From an uncultured Bacteroides sp. (GTDB lineage Bacteria > Bacteroidota > Bacteroidia > Bacteroidales > Bacteroidaceae), in contig CAZYVE010000001.1 of NCBI GenBank assembly GCA_964651035.1, forward strand, positions 24,059 to 88,058: a stretch of DNA of 64,000 nucleotides, written 5' to 3'. The translations under genes were made by a program, and so were the position numbers. Shown here in pieces: positions 39,220 to 48,703 of the stretch (positions are counted from its first letter, which is position 1; the number at the start of each line of letters is the position of its first letter). The notes beneath the pieces are model-generated. The model saw only the letters and a list, made by a program, of their open reading frames with translations. It ran no database searches and was not told the origin of the DNA.

Positions 39220-40108
39220 AACGCCACTGAGTAAATACGACGCAGCTTTGGCCAAGTATGACACCGAAATGGACGACATGCAAGTAACCGGCCAGGTAAA
39301 CAAAATACTTGCAGAGAAAGCACCGGAAAACAACACCGAGGAAGTGAAGAAATTCCTGTTTCACTGCATCGACCTGACCACGCTGAACACTGCGGACAAC
39401 GACGAGAGTGTCATGAAATTCACCCAAAATGTAAACCGCTTCGACGAGGAATATCCTTACATGAAAAACGTTGCGGCAATATGCGTATATCCCAACTTTG
39501 CCGAAATAGTGAAAGACACGCTGGAGGTGAAAGATGTCAGGATAGCCTGCGTGTCGGCCTGCTTCCCTTCTGCACAGACGTTCACGGAGATAAAGGTGGC
39601 CGAAACAGCCATGGCCATATTAGACGGAGCAGACGAGATAGACATTGTTATCTCTGTTGGCAAGTTCCTGGCAGGAGACTACGAAACAATGTGTGACGAA
39701 ATACAGGAACTGAAAGAAGCATGCAAAGGAAAGCCCTTGAAGGTCATCCTGGAGACAGGCGCGTTGAAAACTGCATCAAACATCAAGAAAGCCTCTATCC
39801 TTGCCATGTATGCTGGAGCGGATTTCATAAAAACCTCCACAGGGAAATTGCAGCCTTCAGCTACACCGGAAGCGGCCTACGTCATGTGCCAGGCCATCAA
39901 GGAATACCATACACAAACAGGTATAAAAATTGGCTTCAAGCCCGCCGGAGGCATCAATACTGTGGATGATGCAATAGGCTATTACACCATAGTAAAGGAA
40001 GTTCTCGGCGAAGAATGGCTTGACAACACACACTTCCGCCTGGGCACAAGCCGCCTGGCAAACGTGCTGCTGTCCGACATACTGGGGAAAGAGACAAAAT
40101 TCTTCTGA
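39206..40108 (+). CDS. deoC: deoxyribose-phosphate aldolase (long form)
   Basis: 300 aa. CIDLTTLN, ICVYPNF, and FIKTSTGK (Schiff-base Lys). It overlaps the mazG-like gene by 14 nt. Confidence 0.9.
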   Translation: MEKNETPLSKYDAALAKYDTEMDDMQVTGQVNKILAEKAPENNTEEVKKFLFHCIDLTTLNTADNDESVMKFTQNVNRFDEEYPYMKNVAAICVYPNFAEIVKDTLEVKDVRIACVSACFPSAQTFTEIKVAETAMAILDGADEIDIVISVGKFLAGDYETMCDEIQELKEACKGKPLKVILETGALKTASNIKKASILAMYAGADFIKTSTGKLQPSATPEAAYVMCQAIKEYHTQTGIKIGFKPAGGINTVDDAIGYYTIVKEVLGEEWLDNTHFRLGTSRLANVLLSDILGKETKFF

Positions 40109-40228
40109 CACCCTCGCCCAGGGCTGCAGAACGTTTAGGATTCCACAAAGAAACAAAACGGTGGTTGTCTACGATTAAGTGTACTCTTGCGTTCCGGACA
40201 TCCCGTCACGCGAAGGAAAAATATATGA

Positions 40229-40260
40229 GGCCGGATTCCTGCACAGGATAAAATCCGGCC
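40229..40260. terminator. bidirectional hairpin between the convergent deoC and polyprenyl synthase genes
   Basis: GGCCGGATT (40229-40237) pairs with AATCCGGCC (40252-40260). Confidence 0.5.
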
Positions 40261-40293
40261 TCATGGCATAATAAGTCTGCATCTATGATACCG

Positions 40294-41271
40294 CTACTTG
40301 TCTCGTGTGATTACATAATCAAGGTATGCCGTCAATGCTGCCTTCACATCCTCATCTCCATCTATATGTGAAAGCAAATCCAATGCCTTGGCACGAAAAT
40401 CTTCCATAACCTGAATTGAATAATCAATACCTCCATATTCTTTGGCAAACGCTATCAGGCTGGAAACATCGGCGGGTGAAGCCTGGCCTTTTTTCACTTT
40501 CAATGCAAGGTTGCATGCCTGCTCATCACGTGTAGTGTTCAAGGCGTACAGCACAGGCAATGTCAGTTTGCCTTCCAACATGTCGCTGCCTGTCGGCTTA
40601 CCGATATTTTTACTTTCATAATAATCGAAAATATCATCCTTTATCTGGAAACACAAGCCTATGTATTCACCAAACTTGCGCATTATTTCCACATGGGCAC
40701 TCTCCCCTCTTACCGAAAGCACCCCCGCCTTTGCACAGGCAGCAAACAGCGTAGCGGTCTTCTTGCGGATGATTTCGGAATACAGCGATTCGGAGAATTC
40801 TGTATTCTCAATACTGGACAGCTGCAGCAACTCACCGTCTGAAAGTTCCTGTCCCAAGAAGGCAAGCATTTCCACTATTTCCGGATTTTGTGTTTTGCTT
40901 ATATGCAACACAGACGTTGCCAACAAGTAGTCACCGGACAAAACCGCAACTTTATTGTCAAAAATTGCATTAACTGAAAGCTGTCCCCGCCGTTTGTTGC
41001 TTTCGTCCACCACATCATCGTGCATCAGACTCGCATTGTGCAACAACTCCAGCGAAACAGCAGCATGTAAGGTAGCCTGGGAAACTTTATCTGACAATTT
41101 TGCAGCGAGAAGCACCAGCATCGGACGCATCATCTTACCATTCTTATGCTGTATATGCGACACTACATTATTAAGCAAAAGATTGGAGCCGGAGAGCGAA
41201 GATTCAAACAGTCTTGCAAAGTCCTCCAGTTCAGACTTAATAGGAAATTTTATTACAGATAAGGAGTCCAT
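40294..41271 (-). CDS. polyprenyl (octaprenyl-type) diphosphate synthase
   Basis: FARM MHDDVVDES and SARM KDDIFDY. I chose ATG 41271 (MDSLSVIKFPI) because the ORF-track start at 41295 lies inside the -7 box. Confidence 0.88.
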   Translation of the reverse strand: MDSLSVIKFPIKSELEDFARLFESSLSGSNLLLNNVVSHIQHKNGKMMRPMLVLLAAKLSDKVSQATLHAAVSLELLHNASLMHDDVVDESNKRRGQLSVNAIFDNKVAVLSGDYLLATSVLHISKTQNPEIVEMLAFLGQELSDGELLQLSSIENTEFSESLYSEIIRKKTATLFAACAKAGVLSVRGESAHVEIMRKFGEYIGLCFQIKDDIFDYYESKNIGKPTGSDMLEGKLTLPVLYALNTTRDEQACNLALKVKKGQASPADVSSLIAFAKEYGGIDYSIQVMEDFRAKALDLLSHIDGDEDVKAALTAYLDYVITRDK

Positions 41272-41288
41272 GCGGTACTTTTTGTGTA

Positions 41289-41296
41289 CAAACATA
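41289..41296 (-). promoter_or_regulatory. -7 promoter box TATGTTTG for the polyprenyl synthase gene
   Basis: Plus strand reads CAAACATA, 18 nt upstream of the ATG at 41271. Confidence 0.4.
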
Positions 41297-41357
41297 GTAA
41301 TAAAAACGCTTAATCACATATTTTTTTGTACTTTTACCATGAAAAAAAGAAATTATA

Positions 41358-44174
41358 ATGAATAACGGTAGTAAAATATTCCTGTTAGACGCATACGCAC
41401 TGATATATCGAGCTTATTACGCATTCCTGAAAAATCCAAGGATTAATTCAAAAGGTTTCAACACATCGGCCATCATGGGCTTCGTCAACACACTGGAAGA
41501 AGTACTAAGGAAAGAAGAGCCTTCGCATATAGGGGTGGCCTTCGATCCGCCCGGCCCCACTTTCCGTCATGAAGCCTATCCGCAATACAAGGCACAGCGC
41601 GAAGAAACACCGGAAACAATCAGACTGTCTGTCCCTATCATAAAAGACATAATCCGGGCATACCGCATTCCGATACTACAAGTGCAGGGCTACGAAGCCG
41701 ATGATGTAATAGGCACATTGGCCACTAAAGCCGGGAAACTGGGGATTATCACATACATGATGACCCCGGACAAAGATTATGGGCAGCTTGTCTCTGAAAA
41801 CGTCTTCATGTACCGCCCTAAGCACTCGGGCGGATTTGAGATTATGGGCACGGAAGAAATAAAAGCCAAATTCGATATCCAAGATACAGCACAGGTAACA
41901 GATATGCTCGGACTGATGGGCGATGCATCCGACAATATCCCCGGATGTCCCGGTGTAGGCGAAAAAACAGCACAGAAACTGCTCTCGCAATTCGGAAGCA
42001 TCGAGAATCTGCTGGAAAACACTGCTCAACTAAAAGGTGCGCTCAAAGCCAAAATCGAAAACAACAGAGAACAGATACGCTTCTCAAAATTTCTCGCAAC
42101 CATCAAAACGGATGTGCCTATCGAACTCGACATGGAAACGCTTGCGCGTCAGAAACCGGACGAGGAGGAATTACGCAGGATTTTCGTGGAACTAGAATTT
42201 CGCACGTTGCTCGACCGCATCTTGAAGAAAGACAAAGCGAGCGACCAGTTTGCCGGAACTCTGTTCGCAGAAAGTGGAAACAAAAAAGAAATGATGCCCG
42301 TACAAGGCAATTTGTTTGCAGAAATCGCAGACGAAAAGACAGAAACGTCCGGAAATGCAATTACAGACAGCATAGAAACGCTCACAGTGGATTACCAGCT
42401 TATTGACACGGAAGAGAAAAGGCACAAAATGCTCCGACAACTGCTTACTGCCGATATTCTGTCAATAGACACGGAAACCACAGCAACCGAACCTATGGAA
42501 GCTGACCTGGTAGGAATGAGCTTCAGTGATGCCGAAAACCGAGCCTACTATGTACCTGTACCGGCCGACAGGGAGGAAGCTCTCAAGTTACTGGAAGAAC
42601 TGCGCCCGTTGTACGAGAATGAAAAATCCATGAAAGTGGGACAAAACATAAAGTATGATATAATAATATTGCAAAACTACGGCATCAAGGTAAAGGGAGT
42701 GCTGTTCGACACCATGCTGGCACACTACGTACTGCAACCTGAAATGCGGCACAACATGGACTATCTGGCTGAAATATATCTGCACTACCGCACCATACAC
42801 ATCGACGAACTGATAGGTGCACGTGGCAAAAAACAAAAGAACATGCGAGACCTTCCGCCCGAAAGCGTTTACCGTTATGCATGCGAGGATGCCGATGTCA
42901 CACTGAAACTGAAAAACGTGCTTGAAAAGGAGCTGAATGACAAAGAAGCAATGCGTCTTTTCCGCGATATCGAAATGCCTCTTGTCCCCGTCTTGGTCAA
43001 TATCGAACGAAACGGAGTACGCCTTGACACCGATGCCCTGAAGCAGACTTCACTGCATTTCACCGAAAGGCTGGAAGAAATAGAACAGCAGATATATGAG
43101 CTGGCCGGAGGACATTTCAATATTTCCTCGCCAAAGCAAGTAGGCGAACTGCTGTTCGACAAACTAAAAATCGTGGAAAAGGCAAAAAAGACTAAAACCG
43201 GACAGTATGTCACTTCCGAAGAAGTATTGGAGAGTTTGCGCGGGAAACACGAAATAGTGGGCAAGATTTTGGAACACCGGGGACTCAAGAAGCTGTTGAG
43301 TACATACGTGGACGCATTGCCACAACTCATAAACCCACGCACGAAGCGGGTACACACATCGTTCAACCAGGCAGTGACAGCTACGGGACGCCTTAGTTCG
43401 AGCAACCCGAACCTGCAGAATATACCCGTGCGCGATAATGACGGAAAGGAAATACGTAAGGCGTTTATCCCCGACGAAGGCTGCCACTTCTTTTCCGCCG
43501 ACTATTCACAGATAGAACTGCGCATCATGGCACACCTGAGCAAAGACAGCAACATGATTGAGGCCTTCCGCAGCGGACACGACATACATGCTGCCACAGC
43601 TGCCAAGATATACAAGACCGACATACACAAAGTGACTCCCGAGATGCGGCGCAAAGCCAAAACGGCCAACTTCGGCATAATATACGGCATCTCAGCCTTC
43701 GGACTGGCCGAACGGATGGGAGTATCAAGAAAGGAAGCACGGGAGCTGATAGACGGATATTTCAATACATACCCGCAGATAAAGGAATACATGGAACAGA
43801 GCATCCAGTCGGCACGAGAGCTGGGATATGTGGAAACTATTTTCGGACGAAGGCGGTTCCTGCCCGACATCAACTCGCATAACGCCGTGGTAAGGGGCGT
43901 AGCCGAACGAAATGCCATCAACACACCAATACAGGGCAGCGCAGCAGACATCATAAAAGTGGCGATGGCACGCATAGACAAACGATTCAGCAGTAACAAT
44001 CTGAAAGCAAAAATGATTCTGCAAGTCCATGACGAGCTAAATTTCAGCGTACCGGAAGCTGAAAAAGACATCGTGCAACAAATTGTAATCGAAGAGATGG
44101 AGAACGCATACCCGATGCTGGTGCCCCTGAAGGCCGATTTTGGATGGGGAAAGAACTGGCTGGAGGCCCATTAA
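41358..44174 (+). CDS. polA: DNA polymerase I
   Basis: 938 aa. 5'-nuclease N-terminus (LLDAYALIYRAYYA), 3'-5' exonuclease domain (DTETT), and polymerase motifs DYSQIELR and QVHDEL. Confidence 0.97.
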   Translation: MNNGSKIFLLDAYALIYRAYYAFLKNPRINSKGFNTSAIMGFVNTLEEVLRKEEPSHIGVAFDPPGPTFRHEAYPQYKAQREETPETIRLSVPIIKDIIRAYRIPILQVQGYEADDVIGTLATKAGKLGIITYMMTPDKDYGQLVSENVFMYRPKHSGGFEIMGTEEIKAKFDIQDTAQVTDMLGLMGDASDNIPGCPGVGEKTAQKLLSQFGSIENLLENTAQLKGALKAKIENNREQIRFSKFLATIKTDVPIELDMETLARQKPDEEELRRIFVELEFRTLLDRILKKDKASDQFAGTLFAESGNKKEMMPVQGNLFAEIADEKTETSGNAITDSIETLTVDYQLIDTEEKRHKMLRQLLTADILSIDTETTATEPMEADLVGMSFSDAENRAYYVPVPADREEALKLLEELRPLYENEKSMKVGQNIKYDIIILQNYGIKVKGVLFDTMLAHYVLQPEMRHNMDYLAEIYLHYRTIHIDELIGARGKKQKNMRDLPPESVYRYACEDADVTLKLKNVLEKELNDKEAMRLFRDIEMPLVPVLVNIERNGVRLDTDALKQTSLHFTERLEEIEQQIYELAGGHFNISSPKQVGELLFDKLKIVEKAKKTKTGQYVTSEEVLESLRGKHEIVGKILEHRGLKKLLSTYVDALPQLINPRTKRVHTSFNQAVTATGRLSSSNPNLQNIPVRDNDGKEIRKAFIPDEGCHFFSADYSQIELRIMAHLSKDSNMIEAFRSGHDIHAATAAKIYKTDIHKVTPEMRRKAKTANFGIIYGISAFGLAERMGVSRKEARELIDGYFNTYPQIKEYMEQSIQSARELGYVETIFGRRRFLPDINSHNAVVRGVAERNAINTPIQGSAADIIKVAMARIDKRFSSNNLKAKMILQVHDELNFSVPEAEKDIVQQIVIEEMENAYPMLVPLKADFGWGKNWLEAH

Positions 44175-44247
44175 CCGGCAGACAACATTATTTAACTTAC
44201 AATCAGAAAGCAAACACCGGAAAGCACAGCCTTTCAGTTTGCAAACT

Positions 44248-44282
44248 AAGAATATCCGACAATGAACCCAGCGGATATTCTT
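44248..44282 (+). terminator. hairpin downstream of polA
   Basis: Perfect 11-bp stem AAGAATATCCG / CGGATATTCTT with a 13-nt loop. There is no T-run. Confidence 0.45.
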
Positions 44283-44384
44283 CATGCTTACTGTTTGCCA
44301 AAAGGACAAAAAAGAGATCAGCCCTTAATTTGACATTTTGACACAAATTAATAGAGAATTTTATTGCATCAGAAGAAAGACACA

Positions 44385-44392
44385 TACCTTTG
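44385..44392 (+). promoter_or_regulatory. -7 promoter box TACCTTTG for the small secreted-protein gene
   Basis: Matches TAnnTTTG, 62 nt upstream of the ATG at 44454. Confidence 0.45.
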
Positions 44393-44453
44393 CAGTACAC
44401 AAAAGAATCAAATAGTAGAAAAATGACAAGTTCAATCTTTAAATAACAAAGTC

Positions 44454-44846
44454 ATGAAAACAATTGCATCTGTAAAAACAACTCTTCTGTCAGCCCTGTT
44501 TCTGGCATGCGGCCTGAGCGCATCAGCAGAAAAAGGGAAAGACCTTATTTACAATTCGGAAGAAGTCAACGGACTGAAGGTGGCCGAAACAGTCTACAAG
44601 GCTGACGGCAATACGCTTTCCAACTACATGAAGTACAACTACACTTATGACGAGCAAAACCGCATGACGAAAAGCGAGGCGTTGAAGTGGGACAGTGAAC
44701 AGAACAAATGGGTAAAGGATATCTGCATACGTCACACATACAACGGCCAGAAGGTTACCACCACTTACTACAAGTGGGATGAAAAGAAAGGCGAGTACAT
44801 CCTGTCTCCTGAAATGACCGCGACGATGGTTGACCCGAACCTGTGA
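44454..44846 (+). CDS. small secreted protein or lipoprotein of unknown function (DUF3836-like, tentative)
   Basis: 130 aa. Signal peptide MKTIASVKTTLLSALFLACGLSASA. Y/D/N/K-rich repeats (YNYTYDEQNRMT, WDSEQNKWV, YKWDEKKGEY). It has its own promoter box and terminator. Confidence 0.7.
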   Translation: MKTIASVKTTLLSALFLACGLSASAEKGKDLIYNSEEVNGLKVAETVYKADGNTLSNYMKYNYTYDEQNRMTKSEALKWDSEQNKWVKDICIRHTYNGQKVTTTYYKWDEKKGEYILSPEMTATMVDPNL

Positions 44847-44921
44847 AGCGGACAGGATTCTCTATTAATCATAAAGACATAAACTCCTAACAATAACCAA
44901 AACTTTTTTATAACATGCATT

Positions 44922-44955
44922 AAAGGCCGGGATGCGCGACGTATGCCGGCCTTTT
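44922..44955 (+). terminator. rho-independent terminator of the 44454-44846 gene
   Basis: AAAGGCCGG (44922-44930) pairs with CCGGCCTTT (44946-54), followed by TTG. Confidence 0.6.
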
Positions 44956-45219
44956 GTCTGTCTGCCCGGCAGATTAACAATCTCCACAGCCGTTGCCGGG
45001 AAACTGAAGGATTGGTATAATTAAACCGGCAATGCTTTTTCAGCCGTTTATAACGTACAGAAAGCTGCATTGCAACGTACGGAACCCGCCATTGTAACAT
45101 GCAGGCAAGGATGACGCGTTGTGGCAATATCGTTCCCAACACGTCAATTTTATGCCTGACAAAGAGCCGGACAAAAAAAGCCTTCAACACGATTGCTTGG
45201 TGCATAAATGATAAATCAG

Positions 45220-45227
45220 TACCTTTG
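45220..45227 (+). promoter_or_regulatory. -7 promoter box TACCTTTG for ychF
   Basis: Matches TAnnTTTG, 35 nt upstream of the ATG at 45262. Confidence 0.5.
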
Positions 45228-45261
45228 CGCACAATAATAATGACAAATCAAATTATACGTT

Positions 45262-46365
45262 ATGGCATTAAAAGCTGGTATCGTGGGACTTCCCAATGTC
45301 GGGAAATCCACGCTTTTCAACTGCCTGTCCAGCGCTAAGGCGCAGGCGGCAAACTTTCCTTTCTGCACTATCGACGCACAACTGGGGCAGGTGTCTGTAC
45401 CCGACGAACGGCTGACACGGCTGGCCGAACTTGTACATCCGGGACGCATCGTACCCGCCGTCTGCGATATTGTCGACATAGCCGGACTGGTGAAGGGAGC
45501 CAGCAAGGGAGAAGGACTGGGCAACCAGTTTCTGGGCAACATACGCGAATGCGATGCCATCATACACGTGCTGCGCTGCTTCGACGACGGAAATATCGTG
45601 CACGTGGACGGTTCCGTCAACCCCGTGCGCGACAAGGAAATAATTGATACCGAACTGCAGCTGAAAGACCTGGAAACTGTGGAAAACCGCATCAGGCGCG
45701 TGGAGAAAATAGCCAAGGTAGGTGGAGACAAAACGGCTAAGACAGAATACGGCCTGCTGCTGCGCTACAAGTCGGCATTGGAACAAGGACATAGCGCCCG
45801 CACCGTGACGCTACAGAACGAGGATGAAGAGACATGCGCAAAGCAAATGTTCCTGCTCACCACCAAGCCGGTGCTATATGTCTGCAACGTGGACGATACC
45901 GCCGCCTCCACAGGCAATGCTTACGTAGAACAGGTGCGGGAGGCCATCAAGGACGAGGATGCACAGCTGATGATTATTTCCGCCCGGACCGAAGCCGACA
46001 TAGCCGAACTGGACAGCTATGAGGAAAAGCAGATGTTCCTCGAAGACCTCGGACTGAAGGAAAGCGGCTGCAACCGCCTTATCAAAGCCATCTACAATCT
46101 CCTCAATCTGGAAACCTTCATCACCGCCGGTGAAATGGAAGTAAAGGCATGGACCTACCACAAAGGCTGGAAGGCTCCGCAATGCGCCGGCGTAATCCAC
46201 ACCGACTTTGAGAAAGGCTTCATCCGCGCCGAAGTCATCAAGTATGAAGATTATATAAAGTATGGCAGCGAAGCCGCCGTGCGCGAGGCCGGCAAGCTCG
46301 CAGTGGAGGGCAAGGACTACGTGGTGCAGGACGGTGACATCATGCACTTCCGGTTCAATGTGTAA
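45262..46365 (+). CDS. ychF: redox-regulated ATPase YchF
   Basis: 367 aa. GIVGLPNVGKSTLFN P-loop, and a TGS-like C-terminus DGDIMHFRFNV. Confidence 0.96.
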   Translation: MALKAGIVGLPNVGKSTLFNCLSSAKAQAANFPFCTIDAQLGQVSVPDERLTRLAELVHPGRIVPAVCDIVDIAGLVKGASKGEGLGNQFLGNIRECDAIIHVLRCFDDGNIVHVDGSVNPVRDKEIIDTELQLKDLETVENRIRRVEKIAKVGGDKTAKTEYGLLLRYKSALEQGHSARTVTLQNEDEETCAKQMFLLTTKPVLYVCNVDDTAASTGNAYVEQVREAIKDEDAQLMIISARTEADIAELDSYEEKQMFLEDLGLKESGCNRLIKAIYNLLNLETFITAGEMEVKAWTYHKGWKAPQCAGVIHTDFEKGFIRAEVIKYEDYIKYGSEAAVREAGKLAVEGKDYVVQDGDIMHFRFNV

Positions 46366-46375
46366 CAGAAAAAGA

Positions 46376-46723
46376 ATGAAAAAACAGGGTAATGAAGCCG
46401 CGCATGGGCAAGACCTTAGCCGGACTCGGCTGGAAGCAGTCAACGAGCAGGCCCTGCCCGTAATCACCGCCCCACATTCCGAACAACTGAAAGCAACTGT
46501 ATGGATAGACAACGAAAAGGTACCCATACTTATGGTGCAGGAAATCAAGGAATACTATTCGGCCGACGAATATGGCAACGCTTATCTCCTGACCGTAGAC
46601 AGACAAAAAAACACCACTACCCTGCCCTACTACATCTTCAAAGTCGAGATGGAAGATTTGGAGAATGGCGACCGGGGCGAGGGATTGTATTACATGGAGA
46701 AAGAAACTTACGTAAAGAAATAA
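46376..46723 (+). CDS. hypothetical cytoplasmic protein, 115 aa
   Basis: ATG at 46376, 11 nt after the ychF stop (MKKQGNEAAHGQDL...). No signal peptide or TM, and no motif I recognise. The ORF-track start at 46262 overlaps ychF. Confidence 0.5.
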   Translation: MKKQGNEAAHGQDLSRTRLEAVNEQALPVITAPHSEQLKATVWIDNEKVPILMVQEIKEYYSADEYGNAYLLTVDRQKNTTTLPYYIFKVEMEDLENGDRGEGLYYMEKETYVKK

Positions 46724-46742
46724 CCCGATAATTAGCATTATT

Positions 46743-47672
46743 ATGAACTACTTAATAGTAGGAACAGGAGGTGTGGGCGGAAGCATGGCCGCTTTCCTGG
46801 CTCTGGCCGGCAAGGAGGTGGCGTGTATTGCCCGTGGCGAACATTTAGCCTCTATACGCGAATACGGATTGCACCTGCACAGCGACCTGAAAGGCGAACA
46901 TACGTTGCACATACCCACCTGCACCGCCGAAGAATACGCAGGCAAGGCCGACGTTATCTTCGTCTGCGTCAAGGGATACTCCATCGGCTCCATTACGGAC
47001 CTTATCCGGCGGGCCGCAAAACCCGATACGGTGGTGATACCCATCCTCAACGTCTATGGCACGGGGCCACGCATCCAGCGGCTTGTGCCCGGTGTTACGG
47101 TGCTCGACGGCTGTATCTATATAGTGGGGTTCATCTCCGGGCCGGGACAGATTACGCAGATGGGCAAGATATTCCGCATAGTGTACGGCGCACATAGCGG
47201 TACAAAGGTAGCGCAAGACACCATGCTGGCTGTGCAACATGACCTGCTGGAGAGCGGCATCAAAGCCGAAATATCGGACGACATCAACCGAGATACCTTT
47301 GTGAAGTGGTCGTTCATATCAGCCATGGCTGTGACGGGCGCCTACTACGACGTGCCCATGGGCGAAGTACAAAAGCCGGGTATTGTGCGCGACACCTTTA
47401 TCGGACTTTCGCGCGAGAGCGCCGAGCTTGGACGACAGCTTGGCATAGACATCCCTACCGACTTGGTGGAATACAACCTGCGGGTAATTGATAAGCTGGA
47501 CCCGCACAGCACCGCCTCCATGCAGAAAGATATGGCACGCGGACACGAGAGCGAGGTACAAGGACTGCTGTTCGACATGATTGAAGCAGCAGAGGCACAC
47601 GGTGTGGACATTCCTACTTATCGCCATGTAGCCGAGAAATTCCGCGAACAAGCCACATCCGGCAATAAATAA
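46743..47672 (+). CDS. panE: 2-dehydropantoate 2-reductase (ketopantoate reductase, ApbA/PanE family)
   Basis: 309 aa. N-terminal IVGTGGVGGSMAAFLA Rossmann motif, and a C-terminal SMQKD-type motif (STASMQKDMARG). Confidence 0.85.
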   Translation: MNYLIVGTGGVGGSMAAFLALAGKEVACIARGEHLASIREYGLHLHSDLKGEHTLHIPTCTAEEYAGKADVIFVCVKGYSIGSITDLIRRAAKPDTVVIPILNVYGTGPRIQRLVPGVTVLDGCIYIVGFISGPGQITQMGKIFRIVYGAHSGTKVAQDTMLAVQHDLLESGIKAEISDDINRDTFVKWSFISAMAVTGAYYDVPMGEVQKPGIVRDTFIGLSRESAELGRQLGIDIPTDLVEYNLRVIDKLDPHSTASMQKDMARGHESEVQGLLFDMIEAAEAHGVDIPTYRHVAEKFREQATSGNK

Positions 47673-47702
47673 AAACGAAGAAACCATAAACGATAACACA
47701 TC

Positions 47703-48596
47703 ATGTCAGACTTACTACTCTACATCCATTGGAATCCCGACAGGGAGATTCTTAGACTCTTCGGAAGCATCCCCATACGCTATTACAGCATATTGTGGCT
47801 GGTAGGAATAGCCTTATCGTATCTCATGGTACATCGCCAGTATAAAGACAAACAGATTGGCGAAGCCAAATTCGAGCCGCTTATTTTCTATTGTTTCTTC
47901 GGCATATTCATAGGCTGCCGGCTGGGACATTGCCTGTTTTACCAACCCGACTATTATCTGTCCGGAGTGAAGCCTTTCATTGAAATGATACTGCCCATAC
48001 AATTTACACCGGACGGTGGATGGAAATTCACAGGATATGAAGGCCTGGCAAGCCACGGAGGTACATTAGGATTGGCTATCGCACTTTGGTTCTACAGCCG
48101 CAAAATGAAGATACATTTCATGGACGTGCTCGATATTATCGCCATCGCCACACCTATCTGTGCATGCTGCATACGTCTGGCCAACCTTATGAATTCTGAG
48201 ATAATAGGCATACCTACCGAAGTGCCGTGGGCATTTGTATTCGGACGTGTGGACATGATGCCACGCCATCCGGCACAGCTATACGAAGCGATTGCTTACT
48301 TTATATTCTTCCTTATAATGGTATATCTCTACCGCCGGGGAATAAGAATAAGGAAAGCCACCACCACCGGATTCGACAAGAAGAACACACTCCCCATAGC
48401 CTACCCGTACCGCCGCGGTTTCTTCTTCGGACTTTGTCTGACGGAAATCTTTGTGTTCCGCTTCTTCATAGAATACCTGAAAGAAAACCAAGTGTCCTTT
48501 GAACAGGGAATGACACTCAACATGGGGCAATGGCTCAGCATTCCGTTTATAATCATAGGATTGTATTGCATGTTTCTGTACAGGAAAAATAAATAA
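47703..48596 (+). CDS. lgt: prolipoprotein diacylglyceryl transferase
   Basis: 297-aa polytopic protein. [10 protein letters not shown] and HPAQLYEA are Lgt signatures. Confidence 0.92.
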   Translation: MSDLLLYIHWNPDREILRLFGSIPIRYYSILWLVGIALSYLMVHRQYKDKQIGEAKFEPLIFYCFFGIFIGCRLGHCLFYQPDYYLSGVKPFIEMILPIQFTPDGGWKFTGYEGLASHGGTLGLAIALWFYSRKMKIHFMDVLDIIAIATPICACCIRLANLMNSEIIGIPTEVPWAFVFGRVDMMPRHPAQLYEAIAYFIFFLIMVYLYRRGIRIRKATTTGFDKKNTLPIAYPYRRGFFFGLCLTEIFVFRFFIEYLKENQVSFEQGMTLNMGQWLSIPFIIIGLYCMFLYRKNK

Positions 48597-48650
48597 TAAT
48601 AAAAATCGAACTAAGTCAAGACTTACTCTGGCAATTACGCATAAAAAGAA

Positions 48651-48658
48651 TAATTTTG
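48651..48658 (+). promoter_or_regulatory. -7 promoter box TAATTTTG for GH125-SGNH
   Basis: Matches TAnnTTTG, 46 nt upstream of the ATG at 48704. Confidence 0.45.
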
Positions 48659-48703
48659 TAACAGAAAACAAGAATATACCAACCTATAAAAAGTTACAGT
48701 AGA

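Noticed and set aside
41339-41365. 8-codon uORF (MKKRNYNE) overlapping the polA start out of frame
   Set aside because: It is an A-rich stretch of the kind common upstream of Bacteroidetes start codons. A chance ATG is likely and nothing else supports it.
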